A stretch of DNA of 64,000 bases from Sphingobium sp. (GTDB lineage: Bacteria; Pseudomonadota; Alphaproteobacteria; Sphingomonadales; Sphingomonadaceae). The position numbers and the translations under genes were made by a program. Every line of letters starts with the position of its first letter. Positions within the stretch are counted from its first letter, which is position 1. The notes below the pieces were generated by a model. The model saw only the letters and a list, made by a program, of their open reading frames with translations. It had not been told where the DNA came from and searched no databases. Shown here piece by piece: positions 41,635 through 52,513 of the stretch. The stretch covers positions 51,835 to 115,834 of the forward strand of contig JAMHVU010000071.1 in NCBI GenBank assembly GCA_035911355.1. The letters are read 5' to 3'.

Positions 41635-41694
41635 GCCCGGTTTCACTACGCCTGATACGCAGCCAGCCTTTCATCGAGAGGGGCGAGGGCAGCC

Positions 41695-43434
41695 ATGGGC
41701 GGCGGCAGGCAACAACGGGGTGAACGGGCGGGGCCACATGTCGGCGCGGCTCGCATCCTTGCGTTGGCAGCCGCAGTAGCGTCCATTTCCGCGCTCGGTT
41801 TCGGCCTGGGCTCCTGGCCGCTAACGATCAGTCAATGGGCGACGCTTGGATTGTTTTTCGTCGCGCTCTTATCCCTGTGGCTTTATCATCGCTACGCGGT
41901 TGCCGTCCTGAAGACCACGGACGACAGCGGGGCCTCGGCGCAGGAACTTGGCCTGCTGATCGACGGTGCACAAGCCTATGCCCTCTACATGCTCGACCCT
42001 TCCGGTGTCGTCACCATCTGGAGCAGCGGCGCAGAGCGGTTGATCGGCTGGACTTCTGGCGAGATGATCGGTCAGCCAACCACCGTTTTCTATCCTGCCG
42101 ATGCGGTCGCGGCTGGCAAGCCGGCCTCCTCCCTTGCGCGGGCCGCCATGGCCGGCAAGGCGGAGATTGATGAGTGGCAACTCCGTAAGGACGGCAGCGA
42201 GTTCCTTGCGCATATTTCGATCACCGCGCTTGCCGATGCAGTTGGCAGCCTGCGCGGGTTTGCGGTCGTCGTGCATGATATTACCGATCAGCGGGCGACG
42301 GAGAGTTCGCTACGGAACAGCGAAGCGCATTTGCGTTCGATCCTCTCAACCGTGCCAGACGCGATGATTGTCATCGATGAGCGCGGGCATATGGTCTCCT
42401 TCAGCGCCGCGGCGGAGCGCCTGTTCGGCTATACACAGGCGGACGTTGTCGGCGCGAACGTCACCATGCTTATGCCATCTCCCTATCGTGAGCGGCATGA
42501 TGGCTATCTGGCGCGCTATCTGAACACCGGCGAGCGGCGGATCATCGGCATAGGCCGCGTCGTTTTCGCCATGCGGAAGGATGGATCGACCTTTCCGATG
42601 GAACTGGCTGTGGGGGAAGCAGCCACGGGCGAAGGGCAGCGGCTCTTCACTGGCTTCATTCGCGATCTTACAGAGCGGCGACGCACAGAGGAAAAGTTGG
42701 AGGAGCTGCAATCCGAGTTGATTCACGTTGCCCGGGTCAGCGCGATGGGCACCATGGCCTCCACGCTCGCGCACGAGCTTAACCAGCCGATCACCGCTGT
42801 CACCAACTATGTGGAGGCGGTGCGGGATCTGCTGGACGATCCCGACCCTGATGATTTGCCGGATATCCGGGAGGCCCTGAACGACGCAGCGGGGGAGGCG
42901 ATGCGTGCAGGCCGTATCGTGCGCCGCCTGCGCGCGTTCGTGGCACGTGGCGAGGTCGAGAAGACGATCGAACGCTTGCCCCAACTCATCAATGAGGCCG
43001 CCGCGTTCGGCCTGCTTGGCGCCGACGAAAAGTCGATCCGCACGCGCATGGATCTCGATCATGAGGCGCAGAATGTGCTGGTCGACAGGGTGCAGATCCA
43101 GCAGGTGCTGGTGAACCTCATCCGCAACGCGGTAGAGGCAATGTCTGCGTCAGAGCAACGCCTGCTCACGATCCGTACCGTGGCCGACCAGCCGGGCTTT
43201 GTGCGCGTGACAGTCGCGGATACCGGAGAAGGGGTAGCACTCGGCATGGCGGATCAACTCTTCCGGGCATTCGTCAGCACCAAGGCGGAGGGCATGGGCC
43301 TTGGCCTCTCCATCTGCCGCACGATTGTCGAGGCGCATGGCGGGCGGATTTGGATGGAGCCGGGAGAAGAGGGCGGTACACAGTTTCATTTCACTTTGGT
43401 AAGGGCCGAGCCGGAGACCCCGGATGGAAGATAA
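41695..43434 (+). CDS. fixL: Oxygen-sensing histidine kinase FixL (2 TM, PAS, heme-PAS, kinase)
   Basis: [13 protein letters not shown]...RRIIGIGR heme PAS; AHELNQP H-box; GMGLGL. Confidence 0.9.
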   Translation: MGGGRQQRGERAGPHVGAARILALAAAVASISALGFGLGSWPLTISQWATLGLFFVALLSLWLYHRYAVAVLKTTDDSGASAQELGLLIDGAQAYALYMLDPSGVVTIWSSGAERLIGWTSGEMIGQPTTVFYPADAVAAGKPASSLARAAMAGKAEIDEWQLRKDGSEFLAHISITALADAVGSLRGFAVVVHDITDQRATESSLRNSEAHLRSILSTVPDAMIVIDERGHMVSFSAAAERLFGYTQADVVGANVTMLMPSPYRERHDGYLARYLNTGERRIIGIGRVVFAMRKDGSTFPMELAVGEAATGEGQRLFTGFIRDLTERRRTEEKLEELQSELIHVARVSAMGTMASTLAHELNQPITAVTNYVEAVRDLLDDPDPDDLPDIREALNDAAGEAMRAGRIVRRLRAFVARGEVEKTIERLPQLINEAAAFGLLGADEKSIRTRMDLDHEAQNVLVDRVQIQQVLVNLIRNAVEAMSASEQRLLTIRTVADQPGFVRVTVADTGEGVALGMADQLFRAFVSTKAEGMGLGLSICRTIVEAHGGRIWMEPGEEGGTQFHFTLVRAEPETPDGR

Positions 43435-44038
43435 GCCACTTGTTCACATCGTTGACGACGATGACGCCATTCGTCGTTCGGCTGGTTTCATGCTCAGGAA
43501 GGCGGGCTTTGCGGTAGCCTTGTGGGCCTCGGGTGTAGAGTTTCTGCGTCAGGTGAAGACGGCCGGGCAGGGCTGTATCCTGCTCGATGTCCGCATGCCC
43601 GAAATGGATGGGCTGGAGGTGCAGCAGGCGTTGAACGCGCGCGGGGTCGCCATGCCTGTTGTCGTTCTCACCGGCCATGGCGATGTTTCGATCGCGGTGC
43701 GGGCCATGAAGGCGGGCGCGGTCGATTTCATCGAAAAGCCGTTCGAGAAGTCGGTCCTGCTCGCGGCGATCGAGAGCGCATTTGCCCGGCTGGCCGATAC
43801 GGAAGGGCGCGCGAACCGCGCTGTGGACGCGGCAACCATCGTTGCCGGTCTCACCGCGCGCGAGCAGGATGTGCTGGCCGGTCTCGCGCGGGGATTGCCG
43901 AACAAGAGCATTGCCTATGATCTCGGCATCTCGCCGCGTACGGTTGAGGTGCACCGCGCCAATCTCATGTCGAAGCTTGGCGCGCGCAGTCTGTCCGATG
44001 CGCTGCGAATCGCCTTTTCCGCTGGCATGACCGGCTGA
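43424..44038 (+). CDS. fixJ: Response regulator FixJ
   Basis: [30 protein letters not shown] LuxR-type HTH. Confidence 0.92.
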   Translation: MEDKPLVHIVDDDDAIRRSAGFMLRKAGFAVALWASGVEFLRQVKTAGQGCILLDVRMPEMDGLEVQQALNARGVAMPVVVLTGHGDVSIAVRAMKAGAVDFIEKPFEKSVLLAAIESAFARLADTEGRANRAVDAATIVAGLTAREQDVLAGLARGLPNKSIAYDLGISPRTVEVHRANLMSKLGARSLSDALRIAFSAGMTG

Positions 44039-44133
44039 GCTTACGGACTGTTACGTAGCGACCCGGCAAGGCTTTCCTGCCATCGGCGATCATCGGCCCG
44101 ATCACTGGCGACGGGTCTGCGCAGCGGTGGATC

Positions 44134-44556
44134 ATGGCGGAAGATGTCGGTGCATTATGGGTCGAGGAGCGCCCCCGGCTGCTCCTTGTCGATGCCGATG
44201 CGGTACTGCGCCGATCCCTGCAACTGGCTCTGCGCGCGCGCGGGTTTGATGTGCGTGCCTATGCGGCGGGTGCCGCGTTGCTCGCGGACCCGCTCGCCCG
44301 CAATGCCTGTTGTATCGTCGCGGAATATCGGCAGGAAGCGTTTGACGGGATCGAATTGCTTGGCTGCTTGCGCGCCAGCGGGTGGCCAGGCGCAGCGCTG
44401 CTCATGACCGACATTGTTGCGAGCGGGCTCGTGACCCGGGCGTTGGCGCATGGCTTTTCACAGGTTCTAGAAAAGCCATTTCATGACCAGTTCCTTGTCG
44501 ATGCCGTTGTGCGGATGACGCCTGCAATGGCGCCACTACGTATTCCCCCTGAATGA
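44134..44556 (+). CDS. Single-domain atypical receiver protein (FixT-like position)
   Basis: Receiver pattern with degenerate acidic pocket (VDAD; CIVAEY in place of Asp); EKPF. Confidence 0.7.
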   Translation: MAEDVGALWVEERPRLLLVDADAVLRRSLQLALRARGFDVRAYAAGAALLADPLARNACCIVAEYRQEAFDGIELLGCLRASGWPGAALLMTDIVASGLVTRALAHGFSQVLEKPFHDQFLVDAVVRMTPAMAPLRIPPE

Positions 44557-44668
44557 ATTGGCCGCCGGCCCCGGCTAACGGGAGGCACCCCGCGCGATCC
44601 GTGCGCGAGAACGCGCATGTCCCGTCGTCGATCTTGCGCATGCGGATTGTCGGGGAAGGAGGCAGTCG

Positions 44669-45478
44669 ATGAGAAACGTGTTGTTGCTGGTCCATGACGA
44701 TGCCGGGCAAAACGCCCGTCTGGAAGCTGCGCTCGACCTGACGCGCGCGCTCGACGGACATTTGCTCGCGCTGTCCATCACCACGCTGCCTGCCGTCGCG
44801 GCTGATCCCTACTGGCCAGATAGCACGGGCGTCCTTCTGGCCGATGAGCATGACCGCGGACAGATTAATCGCGCGCGGGTCGAAGAGCGCCTGTTGATCG
44901 AGGATGTGTCCTGGAGCATGACCACGGTGACGGGGCATCTGGCGCCGTCGATCGAGGCGGCGGCGGGGCTGGCTGATCTCATCGTGGTCAATTGCCAGCT
45001 CGATGGGTCTGCCCATCCGGATATGCGCGCGCTCGTCGCTGATTTGCTTGCGCGGACGACCACGCCGGTGGTCGCGGTGCCTCCCGATGCGCCGGGGTTC
45101 AATGTCTCGGGACGCGCGCTTGTGGCGTGGGATGGATCACCGGCCTGCGCCGCCGCGCTTCGTGCCGCGACGCCGCTGCTCCGGCAGGCGGACTCTGTCA
45201 TTCTTCTCGAAATCGACGATGGCTCGCTCCAGACTCCGGCGTTGGAGGCGGCGACCTATCTTTCCCGGCACGATGTCAACCATCCGCTCATTCGTATCGA
45301 GAGAGCAGAAGGGCGTACGGCTGGTGATGTCCTCATGGCGGAGATTGCCGATCGCCGCTGTGACTATCTGGTAATGGGTGGCTTTGGCCATGGACGGTTC
45401 ATCCAGGCCTTGTTTGGCGGTGTAACGCGCAGGCTGCTGGGCGAAAGCCCCGTGCCGTTGGTCCTCGCGCACGGCTGA
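44669..45478 (+). CDS. Universal stress protein (tandem USP)
   Basis: ADLIVV, AWDGS, LVMGGFGHGR...FGGVTR. Confidence 0.9.
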   Translation: MRNVLLLVHDDAGQNARLEAALDLTRALDGHLLALSITTLPAVAADPYWPDSTGVLLADEHDRGQINRARVEERLLIEDVSWSMTTVTGHLAPSIEAAAGLADLIVVNCQLDGSAHPDMRALVADLLARTTTPVVAVPPDAPGFNVSGRALVAWDGSPACAAALRAATPLLRQADSVILLEIDDGSLQTPALEAATYLSRHDVNHPLIRIERAEGRTAGDVLMAEIADRRCDYLVMGGFGHGRFIQALFGGVTRRLLGESPVPLVLAHG

Positions 45479-45546
45479 GGTCGAACGGCGCGGCATATGT
45501 GGCTATCCGGGACGAAGCGCCGCCCCGGATAGCGATCATTGCAGGA

Positions 45547-48063
45547 TCAGGCGAAGGACACCCGGATGTTGCTGGCCCGGCGGCGCATCAGCCCGCCAGC
45601 GACGCCAATGCCGAGTATCATCATCAGCCAGCTTTCCGGTTCCGGGACTGCGCCCGGCGGCGTTACGGAGGTGCCGACATCATCGATCCGCAGCTGCACG
45701 CGGTCAGCAATGCTGTCGTACAGCACAGAATAGGCGAAGCCGGTGTTGAAGCCGTTTGTGGTGACATTGGCGAACACGCCGGTCAGATCGCCCGTGGCAT
45801 CAAGCAGGGTGAAAATATCCCCTACATTGAAGACGCATGCGGTGCAGGTGAGGCCCAGTGTGCCATCGAGATCCGCTACGCCGTTGACGAGAAATAGATC
45901 GGCAAGGCCTCCTGCGCCGAACTGAATATCGAGCAGACCGGTGGCCGTTTGCGCGAAATTACCATTCAGCGTCAGCGTGCCTATCCCCGCTCCGGCTACG
46001 CCCGGCGCGATGATCCCGGCGTTGGTGAGTGTGCCGGAGACGTTGTAGGCGCCAACGCCAGCCAGCGTGCCATCGTTAGTGAAATTGCTGGGGAGCGCGA
46101 TCGTACCGCTTTGCACATCGATCATGCCGTTGTTGCTTATCGGCGCTGCAAAGCTGGTGACGCCAGTGCCGCCCGTCTTTTCGATGACGCCATTGTTGAC
46201 GATGACGCCGCCACCTGTCGTCTGAAGCACGTAATTATCGCTCGTTGCCGTGATCCTGCCCTCATTGGTGACCGTTGCGCCACCTTGCAGGTAGATGTCG
46301 GACTGTGACCAGTTGAGGGTGCCCTCATTGGTGAAGCTGCCGGCGATGAACTTGTTGGAAGCGCCCGAGATGCTCAGCGCGGCGGTGCCTGCGACGGTCC
46401 AGTCGCCGGCGAAGGTGCCCGCGAGAAAATCCGCGGTGCCGGAAAGCACGGCGCCGGTGCCGGTGTAGACGCTGCCTGCAAAATCGAGATTGGTGCTGCT
46501 GATGGCGCCGTTGAAGGCGGCGCTGCCCGCGATCTGGTTGATGCCCGCTCCCGTGAAGCTGGTCCCGCTGTTAAAGACCTGCCCGGTGCCGCTGAAGCGC
46601 AGTGTGCCGGTCGCGGCATCGATGGCGCCGGTATTAACGAAGGCGACGTTGATGCCTGTCGTTCCTGTGCCGCCATCCTTCTGGAACAGGCCGTTATTAT
46701 AGATGGTGCCGCCGCCGGTCGTGTTGAAGATGCTGTTGTTGCCGGTGATGATCCAGTTGCTGTCATTGGTGACCGTTGCGCCGCCCTGCAGGTAAATGTC
46801 GGACTGCGACCAGTTGACGGTGCCCTCATTGGTGAAGCTGCCGGCGATGAACTTGTTGGAAGCGCCGGAGATGTTCAGCGCGGCGGTGCCTGCGACGGTC
46901 CAGTCGCCGGCGAAGGTGCCCGCGAGAAAATCGGCGGTGCCGGAAAGCACGGCGCCGGTGCCGGTGTAAACGCTGCCTGCAAAATCGAGATTGGTGCTGC
47001 TGATGGCGCCGTTGAAGGCGGCGCTGCCCGCGATCTGGTTGATGCCTGCTCCCGTGAAGCTGGTCCCGTTGTTAAAGACCTGCCCGGTGCCGCTGAAGCG
47101 CAGTGTGCCGGTCGCGGCATCGATGGCGCCGGTATTAACGAAGGCGACGTTGACGCCTGTCGTTCCTGTGCCACCATCCTTCTGGAACAGGCCGTTATTA
47201 TAGATGGTGCCGCCGCCGGTCGTGTTGAAGATGCTGTTGTTGCCGGTGATGATCCAGTTGCTGTCATTGGTGACCGTTGCGCCACCTTGCAGGTAGATGT
47301 CAGCCTGTGACCAGTTGAGGGTGCCCTCATTGGTGAAGCTGCCGGCGATGAACTTGTTGGAAGCGCCGGAGATGTTCAGCGCGGAACCAGTGTTGATCGT
47401 CCAGTCGCCGGCGAAGGTGCCCGCGAGAAAATCCGCGGTGCCGGAGAGCACGGCGCCGGTGCCGGTGTAGACACCGGAAACGAAATCGAGATTGGCGCTG
47501 CTGATCCCGCCATTGAACGCCACATTGGCTGCGATCGCTGCTATGCCTGTTCCGGTAAAGCTGCTGCCGGCGTTGAAGACAGAGCCGTTCCCGGAAAAAT
47601 GCACGGTTCCGGACTGGACATCAATCTGGCCGCTATTCGTGAACGTCGTTTGGATGCCCGTTGTGCCGGTTCCGGTCTCCTTGCGGAAAATGCCGCTATT
47701 GACGAAGGTGCCGCCACCCGACGTGTTGTAGATTGCGTTGTCTCCCAGCGCGCGCCAAAGGCCGCTGTTATCAACGGTCGCGCCTCCGCCAAAATAGAGG
47801 TCACCGGCGAGCCAGTCGACAAGCCCGGAGGCATTTGAAAAGCTGGTTAAGAAGAACTTGTTACTGGCTGACTGGATGGAGAGGATATCCGCAGCAGTCA
47901 GCGGACTCGGCGACGTTGTGCCGGGCGTATAATTACCAGATGTCCACACATAGGTTGCAGATTGCGCGGCAGGAGCTGCCAGAGCGGTCAACATCGTGCC
48001 CGCGAATATGCTTCTAATCCCCCGGAGTGCGCCTGCGCGCCGAACAAAGATTCTCTTAGCCAT
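45547..48063 (-). CDS. PEP-CTERM sorting-signal surface protein with beta-strand repeats
   Basis: Signal peptide; Gly/Thr/Asn-rich repeats; C-terminal VPEPESWLMMILGIGVAGGLMRRR. Confidence 0.92.
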   Translation of the reverse strand: MAKRIFVRRAGALRGIRSIFAGTMLTALAAPAAQSATYVWTSGNYTPGTTSPSPLTAADILSIQSASNKFFLTSFSNASGLVDWLAGDLYFGGGATVDNSGLWRALGDNAIYNTSGGGTFVNSGIFRKETGTGTTGIQTTFTNSGQIDVQSGTVHFSGNGSVFNAGSSFTGTGIAAIAANVAFNGGISSANLDFVSGVYTGTGAVLSGTADFLAGTFAGDWTINTGSALNISGASNKFIAGSFTNEGTLNWSQADIYLQGGATVTNDSNWIITGNNSIFNTTGGGTIYNNGLFQKDGGTGTTGVNVAFVNTGAIDAATGTLRFSGTGQVFNNGTSFTGAGINQIAGSAAFNGAISSTNLDFAGSVYTGTGAVLSGTADFLAGTFAGDWTVAGTAALNISGASNKFIAGSFTNEGTVNWSQSDIYLQGGATVTNDSNWIITGNNSIFNTTGGGTIYNNGLFQKDGGTGTTGINVAFVNTGAIDAATGTLRFSGTGQVFNSGTSFTGAGINQIAGSAAFNGAISSTNLDFAGSVYTGTGAVLSGTADFLAGTFAGDWTVAGTAALSISGASNKFIAGSFTNEGTLNWSQSDIYLQGGATVTNEGRITATSDNYVLQTTGGGVIVNNGVIEKTGGTGVTSFAAPISNNGMIDVQSGTIALPSNFTNDGTLAGVGAYNVSGTLTNAGIIAPGVAGAGIGTLTLNGNFAQTATGLLDIQFGAGGLADLFLVNGVADLDGTLGLTCTACVFNVGDIFTLLDATGDLTGVFANVTTNGFNTGFAYSVLYDSIADRVQLRIDDVGTSVTPPGAVPEPESWLMMILGIGVAGGLMRRRASNIRVSFA
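46263..47495. repeat. In-frame tandem repeat, 501-bp (167-aa) unit, about 2.5 near-identical copies plus a diverged copy to about 47900
   Basis: TTGGTGACCGTTGCGCC at 46266, 46767 and 47268; shadow ORFs also duplicated at a 501-bp offset. Confidence 0.95.
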
Positions 48064-48302
48064 TGCTGTTTCCCACTTCGCAAAAGCGGCCGTCGAGACG
48101 ACCGGTGATTGTCGCACGCCGGGATAAGCGAGTGGCCGCCCGGCCAGGGGATGCAATATGCTTCCCCTGACATAGAGTTCGGGAAAACAGCGGGAAACGG
48201 GTCAGCAAATATTAATAATAAATTTACGGACGGATATTCTGCTGCACAGGCTGGGTCAGAAAGTGGCCGGGAAGCGCGGAGGCTCCCCGGCCGGGATTTG
48301 TC

Positions 48303-48932
48303 TCAATCTGCCTTTGATGTCAGCGTTTCATAGGCGGTGATGAGGTTGCGATAGTCGGGAATATGGTTGGAAAACAATTCGCCAAGGCCCTGGATATCAT
48401 TACGCCAGTCGCGGTGCAGCTCGGCGGCGATGCCAAACCATGTCATCAACTGGGCGCCGGCCTGGGTCATGCGGTTCCATGCCGAATGGCGTGTAAATTC
48501 GTTAAAGGTGCCTGAAGCATCGGTGACGACGAACACGTCATAGCCTTCCGCAAGCGCCGAGAGCGTCGGAAAGGAAACGCATACTTCGGTGACGACGCCG
48601 GCGATGATGAGCTGCTTCTTGCCGGTCGCCTTCACAGCGGCGACGAAATCCTCATTGTCCCATGCATTAATCTGGCCGGGGCGCGCGATATAGGGCGCAT
48701 CGGGAAATTGCGCTTTGAGCTCGGGCACCAGCGGACCATTGGGGCCTGTTTCGAAGCTGGTGGTGAGGATCGTCGGCAGATTAAAATAATTGGCAATGTC
48801 GCCCAGCGCGAGGACGTTGTTCTTGAATTTGTCGGGGTCGATATCGCGAACGAGGGACAGCAGGCCGGTCTGATGATCGACCAGCAGCACGGCTGCATCG
48901 TTCTTGTCGAGGCGCACATAGGGTTTTGACAT
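48303..48932 (-). CDS. ycaC: YcaC-like isochorismatase-family hydrolase
   Basis: LVDHQTGL, RPGQINAWDN, GVVTEVCV, ELHRDWR. Confidence 0.9.
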   Translation of the reverse strand: MSKPYVRLDKNDAAVLLVDHQTGLLSLVRDIDPDKFKNNVLALGDIANYFNLPTILTTSFETGPNGPLVPELKAQFPDAPYIARPGQINAWDNEDFVAAVKATGKKQLIIAGVVTEVCVSFPTLSALAEGYDVFVVTDASGTFNEFTRHSAWNRMTQAGAQLMTWFGIAAELHRDWRNDIQGLGELFSNHIPDYRNLITAYETLTSKAD

Positions 48933-49187
48933 AGTGTTTCTCCTGTAATGCCCGCTTGGACCACCCGCCGGGAAAGCAATTTCCGGGAGTGGTTGGCGAC
49001 GGAGGGCTGGCGTCGCCAAGGAAAATCCAGCGAGTTTCTGAAATTGGGATCGATCCTGATGCGTTGATACGATGCTCGTTGGTATTGACCTCCGGGCATT
49101 CTCGCTTTGCCGTTTAAAAGGCTATAATTTGGCAATTTCGACACGAAAAGAGTGGTAAATCGGACCGTGTGTCCTATATTCAGGACG

Positions 49188-50099
49188 ATGCAGGACCTTA
49201 ACGATCTCTTATATTTTGTCCGGGTGGTCGATCATGGTGGGTTCACCTCTGCCGCGCGCGCGCTGGGTATGCAGAAGTCGAAGCTCAGTCGTCGTATCCA
49301 GCGTCTGGAGGATCGACTGGGCATTCGCCTGCTTAATCGCTCATCGCGTCATTTTTCCGTGACGGAGATTGGTCGCGATTTTTACGAGCGCTGCCTTGCG
49401 ATGCTGGTGGAGGCGGAGGCTGCGGAGCAGGTGATTGCACAGATGCAGTCCGAACCGCGCGGAGTTGTGCGTGTTTCATGCCCGGTGGCGCTGCTGAACT
49501 TCCAGTTTGGCGCGCTGTTTGCCCGCTTCATGATCGAGTATCCGTCCGTCGAAGTGCATCTGGAAAGCACGAACCGCCGTGTGGATATCATTGCGGAGGG
49601 TTTTGATGTGGCCATTCGCGTCCGGTTTCCGCCGCTCGAGTCAAGCGATCTGGTCATGCGCCAGTTGGATGTGAGCACGCAGTGCCTTGTCGCCAGCCCT
49701 GCATTGCCGGGCGTGCGAATTTCCTCTCCTGCGGACCTTGGATCCCTTCCCAGTGCGGATCAGGGCAGGGGGGCGGCTGGGTATGAGTGGCAGATGGAGC
49801 ATGCGGACGGGCAGACCGCCAATGTGGCGCATCGGCCACGGCTGGTGACGGATGATATGGCGGTGTTGCGGGAGGCGGCGCTTGCTGGCGTCGGCGTGGT
49901 TCAGTTGCCGACGATGATGATCTGGAATGATGTTCAGGAAGGCCGGCTGATTACGGTCTTGCCGGATTGGCGCCCAAAAGCAGGCATTGTTCACGCGATC
50001 TTTCCATCCCGCCGCGGCTTGCTGCCGTCTGTCCGCACGCTGGTGGAGTTTCTCGCCGCGGCTTGCGCGGAGCAAAGGCGTCATGTTGCGCTAGATTGA
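49188..50099 (+). CDS. LysR-family regulator divergent from ycaC
   Basis: DLNDL...GGFTSAARAL...SKLSRRI HTH; PSRRGLLPSVR. Confidence 0.93.
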   Translation: MQDLNDLLYFVRVVDHGGFTSAARALGMQKSKLSRRIQRLEDRLGIRLLNRSSRHFSVTEIGRDFYERCLAMLVEAEAAEQVIAQMQSEPRGVVRVSCPVALLNFQFGALFARFMIEYPSVEVHLESTNRRVDIIAEGFDVAIRVRFPPLESSDLVMRQLDVSTQCLVASPALPGVRISSPADLGSLPSADQGRGAAGYEWQMEHADGQTANVAHRPRLVTDDMAVLREAALAGVGVVQLPTMMIWNDVQEGRLITVLPDWRPKAGIVHAIFPSRRGLLPSVRTLVEFLAAACAEQRRHVALD

Positions 50100-50116
50100 T
50101 CGGCTGCGGCGGTCCT

Positions 50117-51025
50117 TCACCAGTCGATCGCCAGTTCGCGCAAACGGTTCGAGAGAAATGAGATCCAGGCTCGCGTCTTGGCGGCAGGTCTGCGTGTCGC
50201 GTGGGTGACGGCGTAGATGGCGCCGAGATCCATCATCGGCGCATCGAGCGTGACTTCGACCAGCGCGCCGCTCGCAATCGCTTTGGCGGTGAGAAAGCGT
50301 GGGCCATAAACCAGCCCCTGCCCGGCGAGTGCGGCTTGCACCAGTATTTCGCCGTTATTGGCGTGGAGCGACCCGCTCACCGGCTGCCGAATACGACCGT
50401 CAGCGCCGAAGCCCCAGTGCGAACTGCCAATCAACGACGACAGAGTGTAGCCAAGGCAATCATGCGCGGCGAGGTCCGCCGGCGTGCGCGGGGTGCCGTG
50501 TGCGGCGAGATAGGCGGGTGAGGCGCAGATATTGGCGCGGACATGAGCAAGCTTTCGCGCAACAAGGCTACTGTCCGCGAGCTTGCCGATACGGATCGCC
50601 ATGTCCCAGCGCTCCTCGATCAGGTCCACATAACGATCGTTGAGGCCGAGCTCTACCGTCACGACGGGGTGCAGGCGATGAAACCCCGCGATGATCTCAC
50701 CAAGATGCAGAGCGCCGAATGCGGCTGGCGCGCTCACCCGGAGCAGGCCTTCCACGGCCTGTGTGCGTGCCGATGCCTCGGCCTCTGCGTCTCGCAGATC
50801 GGCAAGAAACGCCTCGGCCTTGTACAGATAGGTTTCGCCCGCTTCGGTAAGGGCAAGTCGACGCGTGGTGCGATTGACCAAGGCCACGCCAAGTCGCGCT
50901 TCCAGTGCATTGAGATGCTTGGCGGCCATCGCGGGGGACATGCCCATTTCTCGTGCGGCAGAGGACAGGCTCCCGAGCGCGACAGCCCGTGCGAAGACCT
51001 CAATGCCGGTCAGACGGTCGGCCAT
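50117..51025 (-). CDS. LysR-family regulator (CrgA-like)
   Basis: GSLSSAAR...LEARLG..LVNRTTR; VDLIEE.WDMAIRIG. Confidence 0.93.
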   Translation of the reverse strand: MADRLTGIEVFARAVALGSLSSAAREMGMSPAMAAKHLNALEARLGVALVNRTTRRLALTEAGETYLYKAEAFLADLRDAEAEASARTQAVEGLLRVSAPAAFGALHLGEIIAGFHRLHPVVTVELGLNDRYVDLIEERWDMAIRIGKLADSSLVARKLAHVRANICASPAYLAAHGTPRTPADLAAHDCLGYTLSSLIGSSHWGFGADGRIRQPVSGSLHANNGEILVQAALAGQGLVYGPRFLTAKAIASGALVEVTLDAPMMDLGAIYAVTHATRRPAAKTRAWISFLSNRLRELAIDW

Positions 51026-51117
51026 CTTTTCCTACTCATGGTTGAAAGTCATACTCACGGAGGGGTGGTTATCATGTTTTGGTCAAAGCTCCATATGGCG
51101 TTCTGAAAGGACGAACT

Positions 51118-51906
51118 ATGACTCGCCAACCATCCATCTATATCCCCCATGGGGGAGGCCCATGCTTCTTCATGGACGACCCGCGCGGCACCTGGACGGG
51201 CATGGAGCATTTCCTGCGTGATCTGCCACAGCATTTGCCGGAAATGCCGACCGCTATTTTGGTGGTGTCCGCCCATTGGGAAACGGAAGGCTTTGCCTTT
51301 ACCGGCGCCGAGCGCCCGGGCCTGATCTACGACTATTACGGCTTTCCACCGCATACCTACGCGTTGCGCTTTGATGCGCCTGGCGCACCGTGGCTTGCGC
51401 GGGAGGCCGCAACGCTGCTGTCCGATGCGGGCCTGACGGCGAGGGTCGATCCCGAGCGTGGCCTCGATCATGGCGTCTTCGTGCCGCTGAAGGTCGCTTT
51501 CCCGGATGCGGATGTGCCGGTCGTCGAAATGTCGGTGGAGCGTGGCTTTGATCCCGCGCTGCATCTGGCTGCGGGCCGCGCTCTTGCGAGGCTGCGCGAC
51601 AAGGGCGTGCTCATTCTCGCATCGGGCATGAGCTTCCACAATATGCGTGGCTACGGCGATCCGCGTTTCACGGAGCCGTCCCTGGCATTTGATGGGTGGC
51701 TGACCGCTGCCGTGCAATCACCGGACGAAGTGCGGGCCGAGGCTCTAGCGCGCTGGGCGGATGCGCCGGCCGGACGATTGTCACACCCGCGTGAGGAGCA
51801 TCTGCTGCCGCTCATGGTGGCGGCTGGCGCATCCGGAGAGCCGGGTGAACGCATCTATACCGAGACGGTGATGGAAACGGCCATATCCGGGTTTGCCTTC
51901 AACTGA
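51118..51906 (+). CDS. DODA/LigB-type class III extradiol dioxygenase
   Basis: PHGGGP, SAHWE, YDYYGFP, RGLDHG, SFHNMR, HPREEHLLPL. Confidence 0.92.
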   Translation: MTRQPSIYIPHGGGPCFFMDDPRGTWTGMEHFLRDLPQHLPEMPTAILVVSAHWETEGFAFTGAERPGLIYDYYGFPPHTYALRFDAPGAPWLAREAATLLSDAGLTARVDPERGLDHGVFVPLKVAFPDADVPVVEMSVERGFDPALHLAAGRALARLRDKGVLILASGMSFHNMRGYGDPRFTEPSLAFDGWLTAAVQSPDEVRAEALARWADAPAGRLSHPREEHLLPLMVAAGASGEPGERIYTETVMETAISGFAFN

Positions 51907-52045
51907 CATCATACCAACGGATAGAGCTGGAAAAGGGCAGGGGTATCTGCCGGTGGCCGCCGACCAATATGCATTGCGCGTTCATGTCGGCGGCCACAGA
52001 TCGAAGGCAAATCTGCTTCATCATCAGTCGCGCTTCGCGATGCGA

Positions 52046-52513
52046 TCAGGCTCTTTCGATACGGGCAGCGTAGCAGCCACGCTTTGCGTAGTGGGCATGC
52101 AGATACGCCACATCAGGATTGGCGAAAAAGCGTTCGATCAACGGGACAAGGGCGGTGCCGTCGGCAAGATCGGCATCCACCATCGCTCCGGCCGAATTAT
52201 ATGCGCGCAGTGAAATCGGCCGGATGCGGATGACATCGGGTAAGACGTCGATCACGTCGAGTGCGCGCTCTGCACCTTCGCGAACGAAAATCGCGTGCCG
52301 AGAGCGATATGGCGTGTCGGCAGGCTGATGTTCATAATTGAGAAGAATTGCCTTCTCGCCCACTTCAAGATCCCGCACTTCAATGCGATCCGGGAAACCG
52401 GGTTTTGTATCGACCACATATCGTTGGGCGCCGAGCCGGGCCAGTTCGGCATCGGAAAGACCGTAAAGATAGCGGAACTGATCTGGGTCAAGCCCAATGA
52501 CGCGGAACGGCAT
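52046..52513 (-). CDS. DUF1203-family protein
   Basis: GFPDR, PYRSRHAIFV, SLRAY, YLHAHYAKRGCY. Confidence 0.85.
   Translation of the reverse strand: MPFRVIGLDPDQFRYLYGLSDAELARLGAQRYVVDTKPGFPDRIEVRDLEVGEKAILLNYEHQPADTPYRSRHAIFVREGAERALDVIDVLPDVIRIRPISLRAYNSAGAMVDADLADGTALVPLIERFFANPDVAYLHAHYAKRGCYAARIERA

Noticed and set aside
46263-47495. CRISPR array or diversity-generating retroelement template/variable repeat
   Set aside because: Unit is 501 bp, in-frame and spacer-free; differences are mostly synonymous, not adenine-specific; no cas or reverse transcriptase gene in the window
48152-48167. Sigma-54 promoter for the PEP-CTERM gene (GG-N10-GC on minus strand)
   Set aside because: The -12 TTGCA fits but the -24 element lacks TGGCAC; too weak to call
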